A DNA stretch of 64,000 nucleotides, from the NCBI GenBank assembly GCA_963701295.1, contig OY969585.1, positions 1,152,001 to 1,216,000 on the forward strand. The letters are read 5' to 3'. The DNA comes from Ignavibacteriota bacterium. GTDB taxonomy: Bacteria > Bacteroidota > Ignavibacteria > UBA10030. The notes beneath the pieces are model-generated. The model worked only from the letters and a program-made list of their open reading frames with translations, had not been told where the DNA came from and ran no database searches. Below, in pieces: positions 17,592 to 28,392 of the stretch (positions within the stretch are counted from its first letter, which is position 1; each line of letters opens with the position of its first letter). The position numbers and the translations under genes were made by a program.

Positions 17592-19915
17592 TGTTCAAGT
17601 TCCTTTCGTGTTATGTGGTTTGAGGAGAGTGTAAAGCAGAACGTTGCACCAAAACCTTTGCCTTGTGATTCAACCCAGACTCTTCCGCCGTGAATTTCTA
17701 CAATGCGGTGTACGAGAGCCAATCCAATACCGGTGCCATGGGTGCTGGTATCGAGCTTGTTAAATAATCCAAACACTGTTTCGTGATAGTGCGGATCCAC
17801 ACCGATGCCATTGTCTTGGACATAGATCACCTGTTCTTCATGGTCTTTCCGCGTACCGATTTCAATACATGGATTCGGCTGGTTCCCCATAAACTTGACG
17901 GCATTTTCTATCAAATTTTGCAGCACTTGTGCCAAACGCCGTTGATCGCCATAGACCATCGGTAAACCTGGTTGAATAACTACTTCAACTTTACGTTCTG
18001 TAATCGCTCCGGCGAGCAGCCCCACAACTTCTTGCACTAGTTCAGCCAGATTCACATCCGATGGCGGGTTCATGGTGCGCCCAATGCGGGAAAGCTCCAG
18101 AAGATTTCCAAGGAGCCCTCCCATTTTATCGGCAGCGTCAGCAATCCTCCGCAGATCGCTTTCCAATCGTTGATATCGCCCAGCGATGACATCATGCAGC
18201 AATGCACCTGCAAATCCTTTAATGGTAATCAGCGGACTTTTCAAGTCGTGCGATACCGTGTAAGTAAAGCGTTCTAACTCTGCGTTCTTATCCTGCAATT
18301 CCTTTTGCTTTTGCCTGCGTTCAGTAATGTCTTCAAACACCGTTGCGAAAGTGCCTTGCTTCGGCGAAATAACACCAATACGAAAGTGCCTTTCCAGCGG
18401 TAAAAAATATGTTTCGAAAGTATATGGTTCTCCGGTGCGCGCTACGCGTTCGAATTCTTCAAAGTATGGCGGTGTCTCTGTGCCGTAGAGAACACTCGCC
18501 AATAATCCTTTTGCTTTCTTATGGAGAAGGCCTGTATGCTTTTCATAAGACGGATTAATATCGAGGATGCGATAATCAACCGCCTTGCCGTTCTCATCGT
18601 AGACCATTTCATGTAGTGCAACACCTTCTGTCAAATTCTCGAACAAAGTACGGAATTTATGTTCGCTATCGCTGAGATTGGCTAATAATTTTTCGCGTTC
18701 TTGCTGCAACAATTTCCATTCAGTGATATCGCGTGCGAACGTGCAGACCAACTGCTTTCCGCCGAATGTCACTGTATTTGCTGAAATAACGACATCAATG
18801 ATAGAACCATCTTTTCTTCGAAATCGCCACTCATCTGAGAGCGATTGACGAGTTGTTATAATGGTTATTACGCTTTTTCTGATTTCTTCAAAAGGTGCAA
18901 GTACTATTTTTTCTACCGGGAGCAGATGTGATTCTTCCGGCGAATATCCCAGCATTTTTTGAAAAGCGTGGTTTGAATTTATGATGTGCAAAGACTCGGG
19001 ATCAGTAATATAAATTGCATCGGCAGATTGTTCCACAACGGCGCGGAAACGCTCTTCGCTCTGACGCAATGCTTCTTCCTCTTGCTTGAGTATTATCTCC
19101 GCAAGCTTGCGTTCAGTGATATCCCTGCTTACCCCGACAATGCCGATAATCTTTCCGTGGTCATCTCTGATGGGAACTTTCGTCGTGACATGCCAGTTCA
19201 TCTTTCCCGTCTCTACATCTAAAACTTCTTCTTCGTGGTTAACAAGCGGTTCACCTGTTTCAACAATTTTCTGTTCATCTGCAGTGTATTGTCTTGCAAA
19301 TTGCGCCGGAAAAAAATCAAACGAAGTCTTACTCAATGCATCTTCTTGCTTGGACAAGCCTATTGAATGTAAATGAGCCGTATTATTGATGACATAATGA
19401 CCCTTCGCATCTGTGACATGCACTTTATCCGGTAAGGTATCAATCAGCGTACGGAGAAGGTTCCGTTCGCGAGCGATCATTTCCTTCGTTCTTTTTCGTA
19501 CCAGGTCGGCAATTTTATGCCCGCTCGCATTGGCAGAGAGGTTGACACCGAAGAGAAGTGAGCTTATTCTCAACTCACTGAATCTTCCCGTTACCCATCC
19601 AATGATGATACCAATAATACCGCTGAAAACGACAAAGACGAATTCCATGGAACCATACTGGAGAGTATATCCGTGCAGAAAGAAGTTTACGAAACCTACA
19701 ATCAATCCTGCCAACATTCCACTTCTTGCTCCCAACGCCCAAGCTGAGAGAACCACCGGAATTAAGACGATGATACCTCCGGTTTCACCCATATACGGAT
19801 GAATGCGAGAAAATATAGAGACATACAAAACGAGCAGCAAAATTGAAAGAGTCACTAAAGTTATTTGAAGAATATAACTTCGTAAATTACTTTCTTTTTT
19901 AATACGTTCTGTCAT
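17588..19915 (-). CDS. Membrane-anchored multi-PAS sensor histidine kinase
   Basis: TM N-terminus, three PAS/PAC units, VSHDLKSPL H-box, NLIENAVKF, DNGIG, GTGIGLA; 4-bp overlap with the regulator. Confidence 0.92.
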   Translation of the reverse strand: MTERIKKESNLRSYILQITLVTLSILLLVLYVSIFSRIHPYMGETGGIIVLIPVVLSAWALGARSGMLAGLIVGFVNFFLHGYTLQYGSMEFVFVVFSGIIGIIIGWVTGRFSELRISSLLFGVNLSANASGHKIADLVRKRTKEMIARERNLLRTLIDTLPDKVHVTDAKGHYVINNTAHLHSIGLSKQEDALSKTSFDFFPAQFARQYTADEQKIVETGEPLVNHEEEVLDVETGKMNWHVTTKVPIRDDHGKIIGIVGVSRDITERKLAEIILKQEEEALRQSEERFRAVVEQSADAIYITDPESLHIINSNHAFQKMLGYSPEESHLLPVEKIVLAPFEEIRKSVITIITTRQSLSDEWRFRRKDGSIIDVVISANTVTFGGKQLVCTFARDITEWKLLQQEREKLLANLSDSEHKFRTLFENLTEGVALHEMVYDENGKAVDYRILDINPSYEKHTGLLHKKAKGLLASVLYGTETPPYFEEFERVARTGEPYTFETYFLPLERHFRIGVISPKQGTFATVFEDITERRQKQKELQDKNAELERFTYTVSHDLKSPLITIKGFAGALLHDVIAGRYQRLESDLRRIADAADKMGGLLGNLLELSRIGRTMNPPSDVNLAELVQEVVGLLAGAITERKVEVVIQPGLPMVYGDQRRLAQVLQNLIENAVKFMGNQPNPCIEIGTRKDHEEQVIYVQDNGIGVDPHYHETVFGLFNKLDTSTHGTGIGLALVHRIVEIHGGRVWVESQGKGFGATFCFTLSSNHITRKELEQ

Positions 19916-19969
19916 TCTCTCGAATCCTTTTCGCTTCCTCTTGCTTCTTTTCTTGCATGATGCCTTGTG

Positions 19970-20848
19970 TTACGACAGTTGCTTCGCTGCTTTCAGCGTA
20001 TTCCTCAGAAGCATTGCAATGGTCATGAGACCAACACCGCCGGGAACAGGAGTGATGGCTTTTGCAATTTTCGCTGCAGATTCAAAATGCACATCGCCGA
20101 CAATTCGATATCCTTTCGGCAATGAAAGATCCTCCACGCGGTTGATGCCGACATCGATGACGACAACACCTTCTTTCAACATCGCACCGGTAATGAATTC
20201 AGGTCTACCAATTGCGGCTATCAAAATATCCGCGGACTTGAGGTAGGAGGTAAGATCAGAAGCACCTGTGTGTGCAACGGTGACAACCGCATTTGCACCG
20301 GATTGTTTCTGGAGAAGGATGTTCGCTATCGGCTTGCCCACAATATTACTCCGTCCAACAACAACAACATGTTTTCCAGCAGGATCATTTCCGCTGCGAA
20401 TGAGTAATTCCTGTATTCCCGCCGGTGTACATGATTTGAAGGTATCCTGACCGATGACTAACTTTCCAATATTCATCGGATGAAACCCATCGACATCCTT
20501 TCGCGGGTCGATTGCTCGGATTACTTCTTCCTCGCTGATATGTTTCGGCAGCGGCAGTTGGACGAGAAGTCCGTGGATGTTGGGATCGGCATTGAATTCA
20601 GCAATCTTTGTCAGTAATACATATTCCGGCGTGTCCATCGGCATTCGTTCGGTAACCGAATAGATGCCTGCTTCTTCGCACGCTTTTCCCTTTGATCGGA
20701 CATACGATTGTGAAGAGGGATTTTCGCCCACAAGGATAAACGCTAATCCCGGAACAATCCCTTTCGTCGTGCGCATACGGACGACTTCTTGTTTCACTTC
20801 ACGCTTGATATCTTCTGCTATTTTCTTCCCGTCAATAATTTCTGCCAT
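19970..20848 (-). CDS. folD: Bifunctional methylenetetrahydrofolate dehydrogenase/cyclohydrolase
   Basis: VQLPLP, KDVDGFH, GRSNIVGKP, TPVPGGVG. Confidence 0.97.
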   Translation of the reverse strand: MAEIIDGKKIAEDIKREVKQEVVRMRTTKGIVPGLAFILVGENPSSQSYVRSKGKACEEAGIYSVTERMPMDTPEYVLLTKIAEFNADPNIHGLLVQLPLPKHISEEEVIRAIDPRKDVDGFHPMNIGKLVIGQDTFKSCTPAGIQELLIRSGNDPAGKHVVVVGRSNIVGKPIANILLQKQSGANAVVTVAHTGASDLTSYLKSADILIAAIGRPEFITGAMLKEGVVVIDVGINRVEDLSLPKGYRIVGDVHFESAAKIAKAITPVPGGVGLMTIAMLLRNTLKAAKQLS

Positions 20849-20917
20849 TATGATTTCTCCAACCCTGCTGATTGATCACAGATTATGAATTCGCAGATAA
20901 TGATTTGAGACTATTCT

Positions 20918-21826
20918 CTATCTGTTTTTTCTACGAATGTTAATCTGTTTCGCCTTTTCACAATCCATCGTAACAAACGGTACTCTCATAGCGAATCCTT
21001 GGTTTCTTTTTGCTCTACGATTTAGCTTGTCTTCGATCCGTTGAAAAATCTCATCCTGAAGACTTGACGGCACAATTCCCTTCCACGCTTCCATGAAGGC
21101 TACCTTCATAAAAAAATGATTGAACATCGATGTGCCATCCGAAAAACGATAGGTAAATTCATCTTTATAAATTGCTCGAACCAGAAAACCTGCTTCACCC
21201 AGCACATTTTTGAACTCGGAGAGCGGCTTGCGTTTGGAATAGATATGAGCATCAATTTTTTCTTCACATTCCCGCAATCCGTGTTCCCTCAGTACTTCAC
21301 GGAACGCATCGTACAATTCTATAAATGTGCGATTCGTATTGAATGTAAAAACAAACTGTGCGGTCATTTTGGAAACACGATTGCATTCTGCCAGTACTTT
21401 GGTTAAATCCTGCACATTATTTAAACCATTATTTGAGACAATCAGATCAAAAAAATTGTTTTCAAACGGCATTGTTTCGGCAGCACCTTCGATCAATTCA
21501 ATGTTCTGTACGTCAGTATATTTGAGCTTGAGTCGAGTCCGCTCCATTCCTGCTTTCCCGGGATCTATGCCATAGATTTTCGATGTAGAACCGAGGCGCA
21601 TCGCAAGTTCTATGAGGGGAAATCCAAATCCGAAACCAATATCGAGAGCGCGTATATTTTTCTTATAGCGGACTTTGTCCAATAATTTTATACCAAATGG
21701 AGCAGACCAGAAAGGCAAATCATCAATGATGGATATACAAGCAGGATCGTTAAGATTGTATTGAGCTCGCAAATACTGTGTCATTGTACCAGTTTCATAG
21801 ATCGTGTTTTGCTTCCACGTGAACAC
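20918..21826 (-). CDS. Class I SAM-dependent methyltransferase
   Basis: LDIGFGFG, GIDP, FDLIVSNNG; start may instead be ATG 21784. Confidence 0.85.
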   Translation of the reverse strand: MFTWKQNTIYETGTMTQYLRAQYNLNDPACISIIDDLPFWSAPFGIKLLDKVRYKKNIRALDIGFGFGFPLIELAMRLGSTSKIYGIDPGKAGMERTRLKLKYTDVQNIELIEGAAETMPFENNFFDLIVSNNGLNNVQDLTKVLAECNRVSKMTAQFVFTFNTNRTFIELYDAFREVLREHGLRECEEKIDAHIYSKRKPLSEFKNVLGEAGFLVRAIYKDEFTYRFSDGTSMFNHFFMKVAFMEAWKGIVPSSLQDEIFQRIEDKLNRRAKRNQGFAMRVPFVTMDCEKAKQINIRRKNR

Positions 21827-21829
21827 AAA

Positions 21830-22627
21830 CTACTGAAAACTTGGGAAAATCACTTGTTCAATCTTTGTCGCTTTCCCCGTTTCAACATCCACCTGAATAT
21901 AGACCGCGCACATTCGCACATCATGTTCGGCTATTTCAAACTTGAACGGTGTCTGGAACATGAATCGACGAATCGCAATTTCCTTCTTCATTCCGATGAC
22001 CGAGTCGTACGGCCCGCTCATTCCTACATCGGTAATGTATGCAGTGCCGTTTGGAAGAATCCGTGCATCTGATGTCGGAATGTGTGTGTGTGTGCCGACG
22101 ATTGCGCTTACACGTCCGTCAAGGTGCCACGCAAGCGCCATTTTTTCCGCGGTCGCTTCGGCGTGCATATCGATCAGTGCTACCTTCGTATCATTTGCTA
22201 TCCTGCTCAATGCCCAATCTGCCGCCTTAAACGGATCGTCAATCGTTTGCATGAATGTCCGCCCCTGTAAATTTATGACGCCAACACGCCCCTTTTCTTT
22301 TAAATCGTATATGACGAAACCGCTACCAGGATTTTCTTTTGGATAATTCAACGGGCGCAGAATGTTGCGCTCTTTTGAAAGCAGTGCTTTGGCTTGCCAT
22401 CGATCCCACAAATGATTGCCGGTGGTTATAACATGAACTCCTAATCCAAACAACGTCTTCGCATCTGCCTCATCAATCCCTTTTCCTTCAGTGACATTCT
22501 CGCCATTGACGATACAAAAATCGATTTCGTACTTTTTGATATACTGTTTAAGCAATGAAGAGATGAGCGTAAATCCCGGTTTGCCGTTAATATCACCGAC
22601 AAAGAAGATGTTCAAAGATTTCGCCAT
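21830..22627 (-). CDS. ymdB: YmdB-like metallophosphoesterase (TIGR00282 type)
   Basis: GD, NGEN, TGNH, DMHAEATAEK, GTHTH, TDVGMSGP. Confidence 0.93.
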   Translation of the reverse strand: MAKSLNIFFVGDINGKPGFTLISSLLKQYIKKYEIDFCIVNGENVTEGKGIDEADAKTLFGLGVHVITTGNHLWDRWQAKALLSKERNILRPLNYPKENPGSGFVIYDLKEKGRVGVINLQGRTFMQTIDDPFKAADWALSRIANDTKVALIDMHAEATAEKMALAWHLDGRVSAIVGTHTHIPTSDARILPNGTAYITDVGMSGPYDSVIGMKKEIAIRRFMFQTPFKFEIAEHDVRMCAVYIQVDVETGKATKIEQVIFPSFQ

Positions 22628-22703
22628 CAAAACCTCTCATGTGTGCACTGCTCGTCCGATCTGCAGTGCAATATACAAAAAATGTCGGTAGATGAAAAGG
22701 TGA

Positions 22704-23741
22704 TCAAGCCAATCCTAATACATGTTCATACACCTGCTTCGTCTTCTCTCCCACCTTGTTCCAGATAAATTCTTTTCTGATACGCTCCTGCAACTCTGTA
22801 TCTTTTCCTTTCCTTAACGCCGTTTGAATTCCTTTTACGATGTCTTTCACAGAGGTTGGATCAACGTAGGTGGCATTATTCCCAAAATAATCTCGTGTTC
22901 CTCCAAAAGGGGTAATGACAATCTTAGCGCCTGCCAGCGCTGCTTCCAACGCGGAAATGCCCGGTGTTTCATACTGTGACGGCAAGACGAACACATCACA
23001 CGCGCTGTATGCAGAAGCAAGCAGCATGGAATCATGCGAAAGTTCGTTGATAACGAGCAGCCGTGGATTGTGTTTCGCCAGTTCAAGACAACTGCGGCCT
23101 GATGGAGAGTCATCAAAAGATCCAATGATGACCGCGGTGTGATTGACCTGTTCCAGTGCCTTCAGCAATTGGTACACATTTTTCCGATGCGGACCAATCT
23201 GCCCAACATAGAGAATAAAATCCTTCATTTCATACTGACGCACAAACAAGTCAGAAGAAGCTTTGGCAAATCGTTCTTCTACTCCATTAGCAGTGATAAA
23301 AAGATTTTTCGATGGGATATTCATGGCATACTGCATAAGATGCGCTTCGGCTTGCGTGTTCGGTAGAACGGCATTTGCCCATCCGCACATTTCAGAAATG
23401 AGGCCATAGTCTGTCCAAAATCCACGTATCAATTGATTGAGGAATGTATCAATACGGATAACAGAACGAACAACACTATCTGATCGACGGGTGAAGAACA
23501 CAGGTGATACTACAAACGGCATATTCCGAAGTCGTAACGCCCTAGCAAAATGATACGTTGCCATGTTCGCTGAAAAGATATGGACAAGGTCATAGTCCGC
23601 TGGATCGAAATCCCTCCACATTTCATAGAGCGTCACTGTCACACCAAGCTCTTCGAGCGCTGCTTTTGTCTGTCGCATTTGCGTCCGCACTCCACCTTGG
23701 TGCAGCCCAACAGCTTGATGAGTCGCAAATAACACGCGCAT
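22704..23741 (-). CDS. GT4 glycosyltransferase
   Basis: RKN, FVLPSQYETPGISALEA. Confidence 0.9.
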   Translation of the reverse strand: MRVLFATHQAVGLHQGGVRTQMRQTKAALEELGVTVTLYEMWRDFDPADYDLVHIFSANMATYHFARALRLRNMPFVVSPVFFTRRSDSVVRSVIRIDTFLNQLIRGFWTDYGLISEMCGWANAVLPNTQAEAHLMQYAMNIPSKNLFITANGVEERFAKASSDLFVRQYEMKDFILYVGQIGPHRKNVYQLLKALEQVNHTAVIIGSFDDSPSGRSCLELAKHNPRLLVINELSHDSMLLASAYSACDVFVLPSQYETPGISALEAALAGAKIVITPFGGTRDYFGNNATYVDPTSVKDIVKGIQTALRKGKDTELQERIRKEFIWNKVGEKTKQVYEHVLGLA

Positions 23742-23750
23742 ACGATTCCT

Positions 23751-25307
23751 TTATGTTTTCTTTCGCCGAATGAAATTCGTTACTGCATCAAGACCGCGTA
23801 CAAGCTGGACGCGATAATTCAATCGCCGTTCACGCAAATACTCATTGGGCATCATCCATGGTGCAGGTTTCGAGCCCCAGCGAATTGCTTCCAGCACTAT
23901 TTGCTTCGATGTCGGAATGATAGCTTCTGTTCCATTCGGCCGTGTGATACGCACATACAACGACCGATCTCGTTGAACTCCGCGTAAATGTACATTTCCT
24001 TTTGTATATCGAAATTCAGGAATAGATGCTGCACGCATCTTCCACCATTGCGCATACTCATGCATCGTCTTGATCGGCACGTGATTTTGGCGCATCTCCT
24101 GAAACAACCAATCCAGCACTGTATGATGCCCATCTCTGGGATGATGATAAAATATCATCGGCTCTCGGGTTGCAAGTCTTCGTTGCATCACACTTTCAAA
24201 ATAGTGTATCATGCGTGAGTCGTTATAGCCATGCCGTTTCAAACTGCCGATGCAAATTGGGTGAATCGGAACTTGAAGTGCGCCCTGACCGTGTTCGAGC
24301 CTGGGCATAACCGGCACATCATCATAATCATACGAAAACTCTGATGAATATTCAAAGCCGCACTCAAGAATTGCACGGCCAAGTTCTTCGTTCCATATGC
24401 CGAACGGCGCCGCAAATCCTTTCGCCTCAAGTTTAGCATGATGCAATATTGCCTGCGCTTTTCGTATGTTCTGAATATTTCGCTCATAATCCGGAAATGT
24501 TTGATGCTCGTAACAATGCACACCTATTTCTTGTTTATGCATTTCTTTGTAGAATTTAATCGACTTTTCTTGACTCTTTACGTCAACAAACCATGTTGCG
24601 GAAATACCGTTCCGATGGATCGTAGAAGACAGCTCTTCCATTTGTTCATCTGTTCCATAGTCTGTATCAATACGAAAACAGAAGATGGATCGTGCACCAT
24701 TGGGAAAGTGCCATATATGCACATAGGGCAGCCCGCGGCGATGATGGAGGAATTCAAGACAGCATGAAACAAGCTCCCGGATTTCCCCTTTTGAAACAAG
24801 CGAGACTGTTTCAAACGGTAGCCGGCGCTCCGGTGAATAAAATGATTTAATCGCTGTGCGGCGATCAAACACTAACGAAGCCGGATCAAACGGAAGCGCA
24901 ATAACAAGGTCTTTCGAACGTGTCCCGACATGAGCCCCTAAACTGCCCCTGTTCGTCCTTAAATCGTTGGCATTCCATGCAAGTTGACATTCTGCATAAA
25001 CGTCGATGACACCAACTGATCGAAAGGGCGAATCATTCGCCGGATAGAGATAGTTGACATTCATCGATTGAACAGTCGTTTGTCGAATTCGAGCGTACAC
25101 TTTGGCCGAGCAGAGCACAGCTCCACCCAGTGTAAGGTATTGACGCAGCATTTCCGATTCGCGGTCGTTGATATCATCACTCACCACTGCAACACTGAAT
25201 TCATCCGGAAGCAATGTGTTCGTGATGCCGACATGAGGAATGCCGATTTGCTGAAGCAGCAATTTCCATCCATCTTGTTCACCTAGTATTCCGATTTTCA
25301 AATGCAT
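23751..25307 (-). CDS. Polysaccharide deacetylase-family protein
   Basis: FRIDTD, ATWFV, EIGVHCYEH, GFAAPFG, FYHHP; ATG overlaps the flippase TAA. Confidence 0.8.
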   Translation of the reverse strand: MHLKIGILGEQDGWKLLLQQIGIPHVGITNTLLPDEFSVAVVSDDINDRESEMLRQYLTLGGAVLCSAKVYARIRQTTVQSMNVNYLYPANDSPFRSVGVIDVYAECQLAWNANDLRTNRGSLGAHVGTRSKDLVIALPFDPASLVFDRRTAIKSFYSPERRLPFETVSLVSKGEIRELVSCCLEFLHHRRGLPYVHIWHFPNGARSIFCFRIDTDYGTDEQMEELSSTIHRNGISATWFVDVKSQEKSIKFYKEMHKQEIGVHCYEHQTFPDYERNIQNIRKAQAILHHAKLEAKGFAAPFGIWNEELGRAILECGFEYSSEFSYDYDDVPVMPRLEHGQGALQVPIHPICIGSLKRHGYNDSRMIHYFESVMQRRLATREPMIFYHHPRDGHHTVLDWLFQEMRQNHVPIKTMHEYAQWWKMRAASIPEFRYTKGNVHLRGVQRDRSLYVRITRPNGTEAIIPTSKQIVLEAIRWGSKPAPWMMPNEYLRERRLNYRVQLVRGLDAVTNFIRRKKT

Positions 25308-26695
25308 TAGAACCTCGCCATAAATGTTTTTACATCGTTCCACGCAATCGCTCGAAGAAGAATTATGAAAAAACAATAACTCCCTACTCCCATAAGAACC
25401 GCCCATAGGAACCCATACTGCACAACAGAGGCAATAGCGATAGCCATCAATACAACTGAAAGAACCACACGCAATATTTTTTCTGGCGGAGCCAGCGGCA
25501 CTAAGAGGCGCAATGCACGACTAATCAGTACAACACTCAATCCTTCGGCTACGACCACACCGAATGCTGCGCCGAGAGGACCAAACCAAAAAGCACCGGC
25601 ACTTACAGCGAAGAAGTATGCAAGCGCTGTAATAATCATGATTTTCCCGTAAGACTTTTCACCTCCTGCGCCAATTAATCCGGAAGTGAATACCGTGTGC
25701 AGCATTGTTAAGAAAAAATACCAGATGAACACTTGCAACACGTGTGCAGATGCACCGTATTCTGCCCCAAAGACAATCCGAATCAAGTCATCTGCGATCA
25801 ACATTCCACCAACTGCAAGAGGCAGACTGATAAGAAGGATCCATCGCACTGCATCACGCAACAGTCCTTGGAACATCTCGGGTGAGTCATGAAATTTACG
25901 CGCGGAGGCTGGGAGAAGCAGCAGCACGAGGATACGGTCACCCATCATCAGGAAGTACACTAATTTGCCCGCCGCACTATAGACACCAATATCAGAGGAT
26001 GTCTTCAAGATTCCAAGTGCGAGAACCGGATAGTTTGTTATAAGCGTTGTAAGAATTATTCCAATTGCGAGCGGAGCAGATTGCTTGAATAAGCTCAGCG
26101 ACGGCGTAAAACGAATGTGAATATTGTGATATTTTTTGCGAAATTGAGTAAACAGAAGCGTCGATGCAGCACATTCTCCGCATATACTTCCAACCGCAAC
26201 CCACAAGACATTGTCGACTGTTCGCACAAAGATGAGAACGACGGCAAGATAGACAACCGATTGCAGTATTCTCGCTGCACTGACAACTCCCATCGTCTCC
26301 TTTCCCTGGAAGAACCAATCGACAAAAAAGATTTGAGGAAGAAGTGAAAATAGAAAGAGAATAATCAGCCATGAAATTATTCTATTCTGAACTCCGGCTA
26401 TCACTGTAAGAACAATTACTGCGAGCACGAGAATAGTAGAGATCAATCTGCTACCAATCACTTGTCCTACTACTTCAAGCGATGCTCCTTGAGCAATTTT
26501 CTTTGTCCCAATCGTTGGAAAACCAGCCGCACTTAAAACCATACCATATGCCAGTACTGCAAAGCCAAGATTGACGGCACCGAAATCTTCCTTTCCCAGT
26601 ACTCGTGCAAGATACGCCACAGAAATAAAACCTAGCAGACGACGTACTATATCTGCAGTAAAGAGTGAGAGAAGATTTTGAGAAAGTCGTTTCAC
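25307..26695 (-). CDS. Wzx-like oligosaccharide flippase
   Basis: YLARVLG..DFG, WFFQG, IGVYSAA, many TM helices; GTG start overlaps the upstream TGA. Confidence 0.88.
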   Translation of the reverse strand: MKRLSQNLLSLFTADIVRRLLGFISVAYLARVLGKEDFGAVNLGFAVLAYGMVLSAAGFPTIGTKKIAQGASLEVVGQVIGSRLISTILVLAVIVLTVIAGVQNRIISWLIILFLFSLLPQIFFVDWFFQGKETMGVVSAARILQSVVYLAVVLIFVRTVDNVLWVAVGSICGECAASTLLFTQFRKKYHNIHIRFTPSLSLFKQSAPLAIGIILTTLITNYPVLALGILKTSSDIGVYSAAGKLVYFLMMGDRILVLLLLPASARKFHDSPEMFQGLLRDAVRWILLISLPLAVGGMLIADDLIRIVFGAEYGASAHVLQVFIWYFFLTMLHTVFTSGLIGAGGEKSYGKIMIITALAYFFAVSAGAFWFGPLGAAFGVVVAEGLSVVLISRALRLLVPLAPPEKILRVVLSVVLMAIAIASVVQYGFLWAVLMGVGSYCFFIILLRAIAWNDVKTFMARF

Positions 26696-27867
26696 CGGCG
26701 TTTTGTTACATCCGTGTAGACTTCGTATGTTTGCCTGCCGATATCCGTCCATGAATATTTTTTTTCGGCAAGCTCAACGATAAATGCGCGTGTTTCTTCA
26801 CGCTGATGGAAGAGCGTGCTGTCAAAATATTTCCGCAATTGTGCTGCCATGTCTTTAGCATCATCGGGTTTGCAAATGAATCCCGTTACTCCGTCAATGA
26901 CATCCTCTGAAAAACTTCCAACATCTGTCGCAATAAGAGGAACACCAAACCGGTATGCAAGAAATAGAACTCCACTCTGAAAGATTCGTTTATAAGGAAG
27001 CACGGCACAATCGGCAGCAGAGAAATATGTTTCCACTTCATTATCCGGAATGAAATGCAGCCGGAGCAGTACATTCTTCTCTGGAAGACTTTTCCCAACT
27101 TGTGTTTTCAATTTCAAGATGTAGTCAGATTGGCGTTTCGGCTTACCTGCGACAACCAGTATGATCGATGGATCCTGTTGGACAAGTAATGCCGCTGCAT
27201 CAATTAATGTCTCGATACCCTTGTATTCATCGATCTGACCGAAAAAGAGAACAACGTGAGCTGTAGGAACAATACCAAGTTCCCGGCGTGCATCTTCCGG
27301 TGTTATACCCTTCTTTTGCACCCGGTTATTAATGCCGTGCGGAATAACAATGACTTTCTCCGAAGAAACGCGAAAGAGCGAGCAGAGTTCTTCTTTCATT
27401 TTCGGTGTATGAACGATGATTCGATCGACGAGATGATACATCACTGTGAGTGAAAACCACCGTAGAGGAGTTGCTGTGTTATCGCGCGCTTCTCGATAGA
27501 CATTATGTGCGGTAAAGACAATTTTTTTCCCGAGAAGCTTATAATAGAGATTCATCAACGTGCGATCGAATAAAGCAATGCTATTTTCCCATTGTATATG
27601 AAAAATATCAGAGCGGGTGGAAGCTGTGTAGTAAAGAAGACGAATATCGTACTTACTGATCCGCCACATTTTTGTGGAAATTGATTGCGGCGAGATATTG
27701 TCACCACGAAGATTGAAGAGTGTTACATGATGGAAAGCTTTAAACACTCCCACCGAACTATCAGAATCTATAACTTCTATCTCCAGCGTTGGTATTTCGG
27801 CAAGGCCAGAGACCAGTCCGTACAAGTAATCAGTTTGTTGACCGGCATTGAGGATGGAAATTCTCAT
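26692..27867 (-). CDS. GT4 glycosyltransferase
   Basis: FFGQI..YKG, VLPY...QSGV, ATDVG. Confidence 0.9.
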   Translation of the reverse strand: MRISILNAGQQTDYLYGLVSGLAEIPTLEIEVIDSDSSVGVFKAFHHVTLFNLRGDNISPQSISTKMWRISKYDIRLLYYTASTRSDIFHIQWENSIALFDRTLMNLYYKLLGKKIVFTAHNVYREARDNTATPLRWFSLTVMYHLVDRIIVHTPKMKEELCSLFRVSSEKVIVIPHGINNRVQKKGITPEDARRELGIVPTAHVVLFFGQIDEYKGIETLIDAAALLVQQDPSIILVVAGKPKRQSDYILKLKTQVGKSLPEKNVLLRLHFIPDNEVETYFSAADCAVLPYKRIFQSGVLFLAYRFGVPLIATDVGSFSEDVIDGVTGFICKPDDAKDMAAQLRKYFDSTLFHQREETRAFIVELAEKKYSWTDIGRQTYEVYTDVTKRR

Positions 27868-27879
27868 AAGAGGAACACG

Positions 27880-28371
27880 TTATTCGTCTACTTGCACCTC
27901 AAACTTGACGATATTGTAGCCTTTCATTGTATCGAGCACTCCAAAAATGACACCAATAAACACGACAATCATTCCTAAAAGAAATGCGCCAAGAATAATG
28001 TACCGAAGCTGCAGAATCGATGCGAAATAATCTATTCCGATACACAGTGATGTTGCGACGAAAAGGCCTACGGCAAGGAGGTAACAAAACACTGCGTTCC
28101 GAATCAATCGGGCACGAGCAAGAAGATCCGAAACCTGTCGTGCAATACTTACGACCCGTTGATTTTCTATAGGGTGAAATTCTCGTTGTGATGCGTTAAG
28201 CATGAATTTGCGTTTCTCTTCCGTTAATGCACGGATACGATTGAGAACGCTTGTAAACTTATTGCTGATACCAAGCAGCAGCAGGCCGCATGCATTAATC
28301 ATGACACCGGGCGCAAGAATCAACTGAATAACTTGGATAACGGAGAGACTCTCTGAAAGATTGGGATTCAT
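27880..28371 (-). CDS. DUF2721-like membrane protein
   Basis: IQLILAPGVMI..CGLLL...NK..VLNRIR pattern. Confidence 0.75.
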   Translation of the reverse strand: MNPNLSESLSVIQVIQLILAPGVMINACGLLLLGISNKFTSVLNRIRALTEEKRKFMLNASQREFHPIENQRVVSIARQVSDLLARARLIRNAVFCYLLAVGLFVATSLCIGIDYFASILQLRYIILGAFLLGMIVVFIGVIFGVLDTMKGYNIVKFEVQVDE

Positions 28372-28392
28372 AAATTTATGATCCTCGAATTC